The notes under the pieces were generated by a model. It worked only from the letters and a program-made list of their open reading frames with translations. It made no database searches and was not told where the DNA came from. A program made the position numbers and the translations under genes. Positions 19,262 to 28,926 of a stretch of DNA of 64,000 bases are shown in pieces. Origin of the DNA: an uncultured Candidatus Binatia bacterium. Its GTDB lineage: Bacteria; Desulfobacterota; Binatia; UBA9968; JAJDTQ01. The stretch spans positions 1,216,001-1,280,000 of the forward strand of contig OZ244070.1 in assembly GCA_965215605.1 (NCBI GenBank). The letters run 5' to 3'. Positions within the stretch are counted from its first letter, which is position 1; every line of letters begins with the position of its first letter.

Positions 19262-20740
19262 TTGGATACCATGACTCAATCCCTCGGCATTCGTTTCGGA
19301 TTGGCCGTGTTCTTCCTGTTGTGGGTTCCGTTGATGGCCGCGGCGGGGTCGGGAGCATTCTGGCTGTGGATGCGCATGGCGGGAGGGGCTTCCTCCGGGG
19401 TTCAATCGCTGGCCTTGCACAGCGACGCTCTGAAGCTCCAGGAAGCCGCAACGCGGCTGTCGGAGAACATCGACGCGTTCCTGCTCGAGCGGATTACCGA
19501 GGTGCGGGGTTGGGCCGCGTCGCCGGTGGTGGTTGAGGCGGTGAAAACGGCGCGAGCCGCCCACGCCAGGGAAGGGTTCGACAGTCTCAGTCTGCGGCAG
19601 ATCGAGAGTAAGTTCCGCACCCGCAAGAGCCTAGGACTCGCGGCCGAAGCGCGCGCGTTCCTCGGTGAGAAAATCAGGGGCTCCTCCGATTTCACCGGCG
19701 TCTTCTTCACGGACGCCCAAGGCTTCAACGTTGCCTTGAGCGGCCCCGCCACGGATTTCGTCCAGTCTGACGAGGAGTGGTGGCAGCAGACCTGGTCGTC
19801 CGGAATTTTCGTGGGCGGCATCGTGTTCAACTCCTCCACCAACGCGTGGGCGATGGACATCGCGGTCGCGATCCGCGACGTGGGGACCGGGAATTCCATC
19901 GGTGTGATGAAGGCGGTGATGCCGTTGCGTTTCGCCCAGTTGTTCTCCGACCGCGTGGCGCGCAGACTGTCCGTACCCGGCCAGCTCTTGCATGCGCATC
20001 TGCCCGGCTCGGCGCTCAACGACGCCGGGGTCGCGCCGCGAACGGAGTTCTTCGTGGCGACAGCGGATGGACTGCTGATCGCGGAGACGCGCTCGACGCA
20101 CGCTCCCGGCCGGATCATGCAGCCGGAAATCAGCCTGTTCACCGACGCGTCCCTTGAGCATCTGGCTTCGTCCTACGACGGCGAACGAGCCGGATCGTTC
20201 ATTGCCGCCCGAACGAACTCTGCCAATCCTTCGGCAGGCGCGTCCAGCCATCTGGTCGCCTTCGCGCGTTCGGCCGGCACGTCCTTCTTCGCTCCGGCCA
20301 TAGGCGACTTCCCGGGTTTCAACTGGATGATCATCGCCGAGGCGCCGAACCTGAGCGACCACCGCGCCTTGCCGGAACTCTCCGGATCGGTGGCGGGAAG
20401 TCAGGGGAATCTCGGACGAGAACTCCTGTGGCTCGGCGCCGCGCTGTGCGCGGCGTTGCTGCTGTCTTCGATGCTGTTGTGCTGGGTGTTCGGCCGCTGG
20501 GTGCTGAAACCGGTGCGCTCATTGACCGACCGCGTGCAACGGATGGAGCAGGGCCAGGTCGGCGACCGGATCAGCGTGTCGTCGACAGGCGAGGTCGCAG
20601 AGTTGGCCGGAGCGCTCGACCGGGTCCGCGCCATGATCGTCAGGATGGCGGAACGCCTGCAGCAGACCGGCGCGGCGCCGGCGCCTCGACAGGCTTCAGC
20701 GGACACTCCTCCCGGGCAGAGAGGACCCGACCGTCCCTGA
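19262..20740 (+). CDS. Cache/PDC sensor-TM-HAMP protein without output domain (paralog 2)
   Basis: Collinear with 12711-14120 (VFFTDAQGFNVA, TDFVQSDEEWWQ, GRIMQPE, HLVAFARS); HAMP then short tail; stop abuts the next GTG. Confidence 0.8.
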   Translation: MDTMTQSLGIRFGLAVFFLLWVPLMAAAGSGAFWLWMRMAGGASSGVQSLALHSDALKLQEAATRLSENIDAFLLERITEVRGWAASPVVVEAVKTARAAHAREGFDSLSLRQIESKFRTRKSLGLAAEARAFLGEKIRGSSDFTGVFFTDAQGFNVALSGPATDFVQSDEEWWQQTWSSGIFVGGIVFNSSTNAWAMDIAVAIRDVGTGNSIGVMKAVMPLRFAQLFSDRVARRLSVPGQLLHAHLPGSALNDAGVAPRTEFFVATADGLLIAETRSTHAPGRIMQPEISLFTDASLEHLASSYDGERAGSFIAARTNSANPSAGASSHLVAFARSAGTSFFAPAIGDFPGFNWMIIAEAPNLSDHRALPELSGSVAGSQGNLGRELLWLGAALCAALLLSSMLLCWVFGRWVLKPVRSLTDRVQRMEQGQVGDRISVSSTGEVAELAGALDRVRAMIVRMAERLQQTGAAPAPRQASADTPPGQRGPDRP

Positions 20741-22492
20741 GTGGCGGCGGCGGAAGGCAAGGCACCGCGCGTGAGAGCGAAACTCGGAACATTTTCCTGG
20801 AAGGCGTGCATCCTGGCGGCGAACGCGGGACTGGTCTTGTCCCTCGGCCTCGGTGGCTGCGCGTCCCTGAAGAACCCGGAGATGCTCGCCGCCGCCAAGC
20901 AACAGCAGTTGAGCAGCAGCATCAACGTGGCCTCCGCGGCGGCCGAAGCGGGCCAGTTCGAGGCCGCGGCGCGGCTGTATGGCGAACTCTACCGCCATTA
21001 CCCCGACGCCGCGGAACCCAGGCTCGGGCTCGGTTACCTGGCCTTGAGAAACGGCGACTTCCCTCGGGCCGGCGAGCTTTTCGCCGAGGCGGAAGAGCGC
21101 TCCGCGACCGGGGCCTCCAAGGCAGCGGCGCTCCTGGGCGCGGGCCGGGCAGAACTCGGCCAGGGAAACGTCGCCGTGGCGAAAGGGCATTTCCTCGCCG
21201 CGTCGGAGCTGGCCACGAACACGCCGGCCGAGCCCTGGGTGGTCAACGGGCTCGGCGTGGTGGCGACCCTGGAAGGGGACCACGCGCGGGCACGCCAGCA
21301 CTACGACGAGGCCGTCAAGCTGTCGTCGCATCCGATGATCACCGCCAATCTCGTCCGTTCAATGGCGCAATCGGGCGACCGGGACGAAGCGCGACGGCTC
21401 TACGCCAAGTACTCCGCGTCCCACTGGCTGGACAGCGACGCGACGGAGCTGTCGCGGTTGATGGAGGAAGGGAGCAGGCCGGAGCAGGCACCGGCTCCGG
21501 TAGCAGCTTCGGCTCCACCGGAAGTCACGCCCCAAGTGATAGATTCGACTCCGGCAGGTGTTTCCGAGCCGGCGGCAGCTCCCGAACTCGTGGCAGCTCC
21601 TGAGCCCGCGGCAACTTCCGAGCCAGTGGCAACTCCTGAGCCCGCGGTTGCCTCCGAGCCAGTAGCAACAACTCCAGAGCCGGCGGCAACTCCAGAGCCC
21701 ATGGCAACCTCCGAGCCCGTAGAGACGGCATCCACACTCGCCACGTCAGACACTGCCGAGGCGGCAGCGGCACCCGCGGTTACATCGAACTCCGAAACAA
21801 CGCCCGAGCCGGCGGCAACCTCCGAACCCGTGGAGACGGCATCCGCACCCGCCACGTCAGACACTGCCGAGGCGGCGGCGGCACCCGCGGTTACATCGGA
21901 CTCCGAAACAGCGCCCGGTCCGACGGCAGCTTCCGCGGCCGCCGGGGTCCAGGTTCAGATCTACGCGGCGCGTTCGGAGGCCGGTGCGCTGGCCGCCTGG
22001 GGACGGCTCTCGGCCGCGCAAAAGGACCTGCTCGATTCCCTGACACCCAGCGTCGTGAAGGCCGAGCTGGGCGAAAAAGGCATCTTCTACCGCCTGCGGG
22101 CCGGCCCGCTGGAGGACAAGGCCGCGGCCCGGCGGCTATGCCGCCTGCTGAAGGGCCGCGGCCACGGCTGCTTCGTCCCGGTCCCGCGGGAGGACTCGGC
22201 CGCCAGCGCCGGGGAAAGCGCCAGCGCCCCCGCGAACGCCCTTGCGGGCGCGGTCCTGGTGCAACTCTTCGCGGCGCGTTCGGAGGACGGCGCGCTGGCT
22301 GCCTGGGGACGGCTTTCGGCCGCGGAGGAGAACCTGCTGGGCGCCCTGACTCCCCGGGTGGTGAAGGCCCAGATTCCTGAAAAGGGCGTGTTCTACAGGC
22401 TCTTCGCGGGCCCATTGCCGGGCGCTGCCGGCGCCCAACGTCTTTGCGAGACGTTGAAAGACCGCGGCCGCGAATGCTTTGTCCGGCGGTAG
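20741..22492 (+). CDS. tadD: TadD-like TPR lipoprotein with repetitive linker and two SPOR domains
   Basis: Lipobox LGGC, TPRs, A/P/E/T/S linker, two SPOR-like units (VQIYAARSE...FYRLRAGP...C..LK.RG..CFV); tad context. Confidence 0.65.
   Translation: MAAAEGKAPRVRAKLGTFSWKACILAANAGLVLSLGLGGCASLKNPEMLAAAKQQQLSSSINVASAAAEAGQFEAAARLYGELYRHYPDAAEPRLGLGYLALRNGDFPRAGELFAEAEERSATGASKAAALLGAGRAELGQGNVAVAKGHFLAASELATNTPAEPWVVNGLGVVATLEGDHARARQHYDEAVKLSSHPMITANLVRSMAQSGDRDEARRLYAKYSASHWLDSDATELSRLMEEGSRPEQAPAPVAASAPPEVTPQVIDSTPAGVSEPAAAPELVAAPEPAATSEPVATPEPAVASEPVATTPEPAATPEPMATSEPVETASTLATSDTAEAAAAPAVTSNSETTPEPAATSEPVETASAPATSDTAEAAAAPAVTSDSETAPGPTAASAAAGVQVQIYAARSEAGALAAWGRLSAAQKDLLDSLTPSVVKAELGEKGIFYRLRAGPLEDKAAARRLCRLLKGRGHGCFVPVPREDSAASAGESASAPANALAGAVLVQLFAARSEDGALAAWGRLSAAEENLLGALTPRVVKAQIPEKGVFYRLFAGPLPGAAGAQRLCETLKDRGRECFVRR
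21564..21920 (+). repeat. Intragenic tandem repeats: 18-bp (PEPAAT/SEPVAT) units plus two 111-bp (37-aa) units
   Basis: ATSEPVETAS..ATSDTAEAAAAPAVTS.SET unit starts at about 21703 and 21814. Confidence 0.85.
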
Positions 22493-22540
22493 CGATCCGG
22501 CTCGAAGGAATGCGAGACGCGACACTAGGAAAGGGTTCCC

Positions 22541-23005
22541 TTGCTTGAACTGTTGCTGCTGATGAGTTGTTGCGGATTGCTGGGCGCGGCGGTGGTCTTT
22601 GACTTGCGCCGCCGCGAAGTCCCCAACCTGATTCCCCTCGCCATCCTCGGGCTGTTCGCGGTCCAGATCGCGGCGCTGCCCCATCGGGGGATGATGCCGC
22701 TGTGGGCGTACATCGCCACCGGCGGCGTGCTCCTGGTGCTGGGCTTCGGCCTGTTCCTGATGGGCGCGCTGGGCGCCGGCGACGGAAAGCTCATGGCCGT
22801 GGCCGGACTGTGGATCGGACCGACCGACATCAGCACCTTCCTGTTCGGCGTGGGTCTGCTGGGCATGGCCATCGGCCTCGTCTGCCTTCTGCCCTTCGAC
22901 GCCACCCGCCGGCTGCGCAACAATATTCCTTTTGCGGTGGCCATCGCGCCGCCAGCCATCGCGCTCCTGGCCCTGCGCGCCTTTGCCTTGACCGGGAGCG
23001 GTTGA
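22541..23005 (+). CDS. cpaA: Flp prepilin peptidase (A24, CpaA/TadV)
   Basis: FDLRRREVPN and GAGDGKL catalytic Asp motifs, IPFAVAI; fully hydrophobic. Confidence 0.85.
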   Translation: MLELLLLMSCCGLLGAAVVFDLRRREVPNLIPLAILGLFAVQIAALPHRGMMPLWAYIATGGVLLVLGFGLFLMGALGAGDGKLMAVAGLWIGPTDISTFLFGVGLLGMAIGLVCLLPFDATRRLRNNIPFAVAIAPPAIALLALRAFALTGSG

Positions 23006-23018
23006 AGGGGGTTCCGGC

Positions 23019-24017
23019 ATGCAAAGGTCCCGCCTGGTAAAGAGTTCCCGCGCCGCGCTTCTGTTTCTCCTGATGGGCGTCGTCTCCGTCGGCGCCACCA
23101 TGGGCGGCGCATGGTTGTACCTGCGCCCGGAACCCGCGCCGCCGCCGAAGGAAGAACCACCGCCGAAACCGGTGCCCGTGGTGCTGAGCGCGGCCAACGA
23201 CCTCAATATCGGCACCCTGATCACCGCCAGCGACCTCGTCTGGACGCCGGTCCGCAACGGCTCGGTCCTCTCGACACACATGCTCCAGGGCAAGACCAAT
23301 GAGTCGCAGGTGATCGGTTCGGTGGTGCGCCGGGCCGTGTACAAGGGGATGGCGCTGAATTGGTCGGCGATCGTGCGGCCCGGCGAGCACGGCTTTCTGG
23401 CCGCGGCGCTCAAGCCCGACCACCGCGCGGTTACCATCCGGGTGGACGCGGCCACCAGCGAGGCCGCCCTGATCTACCCCGGCGACCACGTGGACGTGAT
23501 ATTGACCGCGCAACTCCAGGATCAAGCCACGCGCCAGGCGAACACGGTCACCGCCACGATCCTCGAGAATATCCGCGTCGTCGCCGTCAACCGCCAGGTG
23601 GAAAGCAGCGCGGGAGGGAGCGGGAGCGCGGCGGGACTCATAGCCAAGGTTGCGCCCCGAAATGCAGTCAACACAGTAACCCTCGAGTTGCAACCCGCGG
23701 ACGCCGAGGCCCTGATTCTCGCCAGGAACAAGGGGGACATTTCCCTGGCCATGCGCTCTCTCACCGATGTCCGGCGGCGCGAGGACCGCACACCCACCGC
23801 TTTCGAAGACCTGTTGCCGCTTCCGCCCCCGGCGGAACCGGCACCGGTGCAGCCGTTAACGCAACCGGTCGCAACGGCAATGCCTGGACTCGCCGCCCAG
23901 GCCCCTGCCGCGCTTCAGTCTCCACCCTTGCCGACGGCCGCTCCGGAGCAGCCGCCGGGCATCACCGTGCGGGTCTTCCGGGGCGCCAAACAGGAGGAAG
24001 TAAGGGTGACGAAGTAA
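23019..24017 (+). CDS. cpaB: Flp pilus assembly protein CpaB/RcpC
   Basis: TM, SAF domain (VLSAANDLNIGTLITASDL), RAVTIRVD, IYPGDHVDVIL, TVTLEL, GDISLAMRS. Confidence 0.88.
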   Translation: MQRSRLVKSSRAALLFLLMGVVSVGATMGGAWLYLRPEPAPPPKEEPPPKPVPVVLSAANDLNIGTLITASDLVWTPVRNGSVLSTHMLQGKTNESQVIGSVVRRAVYKGMALNWSAIVRPGEHGFLAAALKPDHRAVTIRVDAATSEAALIYPGDHVDVILTAQLQDQATRQANTVTATILENIRVVAVNRQVESSAGGSGSAAGLIAKVAPRNAVNTVTLELQPADAEALILARNKGDISLAMRSLTDVRRREDRTPTAFEDLLPLPPPAEPAPVQPLTQPVATAMPGLAAQAPAALQSPPLPTAAPEQPPGITVRVFRGAKQEEVRVTK

Positions 24018-25010
24018 TCATCCCAGTCCCTCGAGGGCCCTGAACGCGTTCATGAAGGCAGGGCCGCCCAACAGGATGAGGATGCCGGGGACCACCAGGA
24101 GAAGCATGGGGAGGCTCATGATGACGGGCAGGCGGCCGGCCTGGGTTTCGATGCGGGCGGCCCGTTGCGCACGTTCGCTCTTGGCAATGTTCTGGATGGA
24201 CTGACCGATGGGTGTGCCGAAACGCTCGGCCTGGATGATGGTCATGGCGAAATCGCGTATGCCGTCGGTCTCCGTGCGGTCGCAGAGTTCCTGGAGCACC
24301 ATTTTGCGCTCCGCGCCCACGCGCAACTCGGTCTCCACGGAGGCCAACTCACGGGCCAGGTCGGGGGCCAGGGACCGGAGCTCCCGCGCGACCATGGCGA
24401 GAGCGCGCTCGAACGTATACCCGGCCTCGACGCACAACACCATGAGGTCCAGCGCGTCCGGAAGGGCGCGCGACAGGATGAGCTTGCGCCGGGCGAGGAG
24501 CCGCCGCAACACCAACTCGGGCACGAGGCCGCCTATCACGAATCCGGCCAGGACCGCCACGCCGATCACCAAGGCGTGCCCGCCGAGCAACCCCATGCCC
24601 CACGCCAGGAACCCGGCCGCCGCGCCCACGGACAGCATCAGGATCAGCTTGAGCGACAGGAAGATCGCCAGCGCATCGCGGTGCTTTATGCCTGCCTTCA
24701 CCATCAGGACGGCGACCTTGGCGCGCTCGGAGGCTTCGATGGGCGCCAGCATGGCGGCCACCCTGAACACGGCGGCCGCGAACACGGACAGCATCGGAAC
24801 GGATGGGGCGCGCGTGGAACCGTCCTCCAACCGCAAATCCACCCCCCCGTTGGCGGAGAGGGCGCGTTTCCGCACCGTCTGCAAACGCCGGTCAAGGGCC
24901 AGCGCTCCGCGGCCGTCCTTGAACAGGAAGCGGATGGACGCCACCAGCAAGGCCAGCGAGGCCACCCCGGCTAAAGCCAGCGCCCATGCCATGACCGGCG
25001 AGGACATCAT
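24018..25010 (-). CDS. tadC: Tad inner-membrane platform protein TadC
   Basis: LPDALDLMVLCVEAG, IIQAERFGTPI; ATGA overlap with the tadB stop. Confidence 0.88.
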   Translation of the reverse strand: MMSSPVMAWALALAGVASLALLVASIRFLFKDGRGALALDRRLQTVRKRALSANGGVDLRLEDGSTRAPSVPMLSVFAAAVFRVAAMLAPIEASERAKVAVLMVKAGIKHRDALAIFLSLKLILMLSVGAAAGFLAWGMGLLGGHALVIGVAVLAGFVIGGLVPELVLRRLLARRKLILSRALPDALDLMVLCVEAGYTFERALAMVARELRSLAPDLARELASVETELRVGAERKMVLQELCDRTETDGIRDFAMTIIQAERFGTPIGQSIQNIAKSERAQRAARIETQAGRLPVIMSLPMLLLVVPGILILLGGPAFMNAFRALEGLG

Positions 25011-25966
25011 CGCAGGAACTTGGCGGCAATGATCCGGGCGCTTAGCAGTCCCGCCGCGATCAGGCCGAATCCCCAGCGCAACAGCTTCGCGCCTTGCTCG
25101 GTGTTGAACAGCACCTCGACCGTCTCCGGGCTCGTGTAGAACTGGCTCAACAACGACACCACCGGCACCACGGCCAGCACCCAAAGCGTGATGCGTGTCT
25201 GCGCCGTGCCGGCCTGGGCCTTGGCCTCCACCTCCATGCGTGCCCGCACCGTGGCGGCGAGATTGCCGAGGGTGACCGCGATGCTGCCGCCCGTGGTCCG
25301 CTGCAACGTGAGCGACGAAGTAAAGAGGGTGAACTCCGACACCCGGACGTGGTCCGCGGCGTCGCGCAGCACGGTATCGGGGTCGAGGCCCGACGACAGC
25401 TCATCCGAGATCTGCCGGAGGATATGCCTGGCCGGTTCCGGCACCTCCTTGGCCACCTCGGTGATGGCTTCCACCGGGGGGACGCCTGCACGGGCCAGAC
25501 GCACGATCTGGTCCGCGACCTCGGGGAACTGCTTGACGAACTCGGCGCGCACCCGGGAGTCCCACATCGAAAGAAAACCCCAAGCGCCCGCGGCCCCGGC
25601 CGCGGGCGCCAGGAGCACCACCAGGAGCCCGAACTGCATCAAGTGAGCGATCACCGCCACCAGAACCGCCGCCACCAAGCCAACGACGCCCGCCTTGGGA
25701 AGCGCGTCGCGGCCATCCAGCATGCAGAACCGCTTGTCGAGGAACTCGCGCAACTGCGACTTCGCCCGCAGGGTCCGGAAGGCGCTCACCCTGACATCCT
25801 TGGTGCCGTCCTCCGCCAGGTCGTCCCCATGGCCGCCGGCGAGCACCGCGGCCACCCGGCGCACCCGGCGGTCGAGGGCCTTGTCGCCGGCCCGCGCGCT
25901 CAGCCAGAGGCCGAGGCAGACAACGGCCGCCAGAAACGTTGCCGCCAAAGTCTCCACCGTGATCAT
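25007..25966 (-). CDS. tadB: Tad inner-membrane platform protein TadB
   Basis: FVKQFPEVADQIVRLARAG, LQRTTGGSIAVTLGNLA; located between tadA and tadC. Confidence 0.88.
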   Translation of the reverse strand: MITVETLAATFLAAVVCLGLWLSARAGDKALDRRVRRVAAVLAGGHGDDLAEDGTKDVRVSAFRTLRAKSQLREFLDKRFCMLDGRDALPKAGVVGLVAAVLVAVIAHLMQFGLLVVLLAPAAGAAGAWGFLSMWDSRVRAEFVKQFPEVADQIVRLARAGVPPVEAITEVAKEVPEPARHILRQISDELSSGLDPDTVLRDAADHVRVSEFTLFTSSLTLQRTTGGSIAVTLGNLAATVRARMEVEAKAQAGTAQTRITLWVLAVVPVVSLLSQFYTSPETVEVLFNTEQGAKLLRWGFGLIAAGLLSARIIAAKFLR

Positions 25967-25970
25967 GACG

Positions 25971-27356
25971 TCACCGCCCCAACCCGCTGTCCTGGCGCGC
26001 GCCCTGGAGGGCCTGCTGCAGCTCCGCGCGCAGGCCCGCGCGGTCCACCGCCTTCACCCATGAGGGTTGCCGGCCGCTGCCCTCGAAGACTTCCTCCGAC
26101 CCTTCGCGGGAGAGACGCCACATCTCCTCGGTGAGAACAACATCGTTCTCCATCCCGGCCACATCGGTGATGCTGGTTACGCAACGTCTACCGGAAGGGA
26201 TCCTTTCCACCTGTACGACGAGATCGAGGCCCGACGCCACTTGCTGCCGGATGACCTGGAGGGGCATCTCCGCCGTGCCCATCAACAGCATGTTCTCGAG
26301 CCGTATCAGTGCGTCACGCGGCGTATTGGCATGGATCGTGGACATGGACCCGGGATGCCCGGTATTCATGGCCTGCAGCATCTCCATGGCTTCGCCGCCG
26401 CGGACCTCGCCGACAATGATGCGATCGGGCCGCATCCGGAGCGCGTTGATGACCAAGGCCCGCATCGACACTTCGCCGGTGCCCTCGGCGCTCATGGTGC
26501 GGGTCTCCAGACGCACCACGTGGGGCTGCTGCACCTGCAACTCGGCGGCGTCCTCGATGGTGACAAGCCTCTCGTCCGGACTGATCTCGCTGGTCAGGGT
26601 GTTCATCAACGTGGTCTTGCCGGCCCCGGTGCCGCCGGAGATGAGGACGTTCAGGCGCGCCTTGACGCACACCCGGAGCAGCGCCACCATGCCCGGCGCG
26701 ATCATCCCCTGCGCCGCCAAGTCCTCCAGGGTCAGGCCGGTCAACAGGAAACGCCGGATCGAGATGGTGGGGCCGTCGATGGCCAGCGGCGGTATGATGA
26801 TGTTGACGCGGCTGCCGTCCGGCAGCCGGAGGTCCGCCATGGGGCTCGACTCGTCGACCCGCCGGCCGACCCAACCCGCAATGCGCTGGGCGATGCGCAA
26901 CAGGTGCTGACCGTCGCGGAACTTGATGTCCACCTGAGTCAGCTTGCCGCGGCGTTCCACGTAGACCGAGCGGAGGCCATTGACGAGAATATCGGAGATG
27001 CTGGTGTCCTGGAACAACGGCTCAAGCGGCCCCAGACCCTTGATGTCGTTGATGAGCGCGGCGACCACCCGCCGCCGATCGAAAGGGGTAAGTCCCTGGG
27101 TTTCCCCGGTCCCTTCCCGTTCGAGAAAGGCCTGGAGTTGCGTCGCGAGATCCTCTGGACGCAGCTTGGCGGCTTCAGTCATGTCCATGGCCCGGGTGAC
27201 GAACGGATGCAACCTCGCCGCGATGTCGGCGATGGTCGTATCCTGCATTCGCGAGGGCGTCGGAACTGGAACTGCCGCCGCCGCTTCCGCGGCCACCGCC
27301 TCGCCCGTATCAACTTCTTCCGCCCTGGGGCGGCGCCCGAACGACCTCAACGCCAT
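25971..27356 (-). CDS. tadA: Tad pilus assembly ATPase CpaF/TadA
   Basis: GLGPLEPL, SGGTGAGKTT, TIEDAAEL, LRMRPDRIIVGEVRG, MNTGHPGSMSTIHAN. Confidence 0.95.
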   Translation of the reverse strand: MALRSFGRRPRAEEVDTGEAVAAEAAAAVPVPTPSRMQDTTIADIAARLHPFVTRAMDMTEAAKLRPEDLATQLQAFLEREGTGETQGLTPFDRRRVVAALINDIKGLGPLEPLFQDTSISDILVNGLRSVYVERRGKLTQVDIKFRDGQHLLRIAQRIAGWVGRRVDESSPMADLRLPDGSRVNIIIPPLAIDGPTISIRRFLLTGLTLEDLAAQGMIAPGMVALLRVCVKARLNVLISGGTGAGKTTLMNTLTSEISPDERLVTIEDAAELQVQQPHVVRLETRTMSAEGTGEVSMRALVINALRMRPDRIIVGEVRGGEAMEMLQAMNTGHPGSMSTIHANTPRDALIRLENMLLMGTAEMPLQVIRQQVASGLDLVVQVERIPSGRRCVTSITDVAGMENDVVLTEEMWRLSREGSEEVFEGSGRQPSWVKAVDRAGLRAELQQALQGARQDSGLGR

Positions 27357-27386
27357 GGCGAGTCTCTCCTCCCCGATGGATTTCCG

Positions 27387-28550
27387 TTATCGCGGGCCCG
27401 GGGCCGCGAGCGCGCCCGACGCGTCCGCCAACGATATCGTCCGCCGCGTGAGCTTGTCCAAGAGCCGGTCGAGGCCCGCGCGGTACTGCTTGCCCAGCGA
27501 TTCATACGGATTTCCGCGGTCCGTGGCCGCGGGCAGCCTTGCCTCGAACGGGATGACGATGTCGGGCTCACGCCCCGCCAACGCATCGCGAATCTGGTTG
27601 GAGGAAAGCGCGCTTTTCTGCCCTCGCGTGTGATTCTCCACCAGGATGGCTTCCCTGCCCTCGCCCATCGCCATCATCGTATGAGTCAGCCGGCTGAGGC
27701 TCACGAGGGTCGGTTCGTAGACGAGCACCCGCTCATCCGCGTTCTCGAGCACGGAGAACAACGTACTCACATCCAGCATCCCGTCCACCACCACCAGGTG
27801 CGAACGATTGGCGAGGTGCCCGATCATCCATTGCACCGCGTCCGGGCTGGGTTCCGGCGGCACCCCTTCGTTGGACCGGTAGCCGTAGATCGCGACCCGC
27901 GGACCCGCGGACCCGCTCACCGACTCGAGCATGTCCATACCGGAAAACCCGCTGTCGGCCGCGGCGTCCAGCAACTCGGCAAGTCCAGCCGTCGGCTCGA
28001 CGTCGAGCATCCACGGCAGGGCGCCGAACACGCGGCCGAGATCGAGGGCGGCGACATAGCTGCCCCGGGCGGCCGAAGCGTGCACGGTCACCGCCGCCAA
28101 GGTGGTGGCGCCGCACCCGCCACCGCATCCCCTGAAGGCGATCACGCGCCCGGCGTGCATGCGCCCGGGGCCGGCCTCGATGCCGAGGGCCAGACTGACG
28201 GCCTCGCGGATCTCGCGCGCGGAAACGGGCTTCGGAAGGTAGTCGTTGACGCCGGCGGAAAGCAACTCCCGGGCAAGACGCGCGGTGTCGTTGGAGCCCA
28301 AGGCAATCACCTTGGTGCCGAACTCGCACACCGCGGACAACTCGTGAATGCGCCCGGCGGGGAACGGGCTGCCGTCGAGGTCCACGATCACCACCTTGGG
28401 CGAGGGCGCCCCGGTCAAGTGCTTGATGACCGCCGCCATGTCGCCACGGAGGACCGTGGTGCCCTTGTCGTCGCCCAACGCGTCAAACAGGAGCGCCTCG
28501 GTGTGGGAATCCACCGCGAACGCGCATATCTGCTGGCTCGCCGTTTCCAT
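27387..28550 (-). CDS. cpaE: CpaE/TadZ-like pilus localisation protein (receiver-like + ParA/MinD-like)
   Basis: Receiver-like N-terminus (VIVDLDG, AGVNDYLPKP) and degenerate P-loop GCGGGCGATT; upstream of tadA. Confidence 0.8.
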   Translation of the reverse strand: METASQQICAFAVDSHTEALLFDALGDDKGTTVLRGDMAAVIKHLTGAPSPKVVIVDLDGSPFPAGRIHELSAVCEFGTKVIALGSNDTARLARELLSAGVNDYLPKPVSAREIREAVSLALGIEAGPGRMHAGRVIAFRGCGGGCGATTLAAVTVHASAARGSYVAALDLGRVFGALPWMLDVEPTAGLAELLDAAADSGFSGMDMLESVSGSAGPRVAIYGYRSNEGVPPEPSPDAVQWMIGHLANRSHLVVVDGMLDVSTLFSVLENADERVLVYEPTLVSLSRLTHTMMAMGEGREAILVENHTRGQKSALSSNQIRDALAGREPDIVIPFEARLPAATDRGNPYESLGKQYRAGLDRLLDKLTRRTISLADASGALAAPGPR

Positions 28551-28564
28551 CGGTCAAGCCGGAA

Positions 28565-28903
28565 CTATTTGTCGCCGCCCGTCCCGGAGCCGGACAGTTC
28601 CTTCACTTCCCCGCGGAGCCATCGCAGGTAGGCTTCGTGAAGCGCGCCGCGGGAAGGCGTCGGCCGCGAAATCGCGCCCTCCACCCGATTCAATTCGTGG
28701 CGGGCCTGATCCTGGGCCAGCAGCAGTTGCGTCTCGGCCGCGACACGCGAGGATGTTGCCGCGGGGGCGACGAAGGCAGCGCGTTCGACGTCGATGGGCG
28801 ACCGCGCGCAACCCGCCGCCGCCATCCATCCCACCGCGACGAGGCAAAGCGCCGCTCTGGAAATTCGTGGAAAGGCGCACATGACCATGTCTCCCGGAAA
28901 CAC
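28565..28903 (-). CDS. Small lipoprotein in tad operon (CpaD/RcpB-position, unassigned)
   Basis: Lipobox-like AAGC; sits between the secretin and cpaE; start uncertain. Confidence 0.45.
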   Translation of the reverse strand: MFPGDMVMCAFPRISRAALCLVAVGWMAAAGCARSPIDVERAAFVAPAATSSRVAAETQLLLAQDQARHELNRVEGAISRPTPSRGALHEAYLRWLRGEVKELSGSGTGGDK

Positions 28904-28926
28904 CCGCGGACCGCACTCCGCGGGGC

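Noticed and set aside
21564-21920. Possible CRISPR-like repeat region
   Set aside because: In-frame coding repeats (multiples of 3) inside the tadD-like gene.
26067-28631. 854-aa plus-strand ORF
   Set aside because: Antisense shadow of tadA/cpaE.
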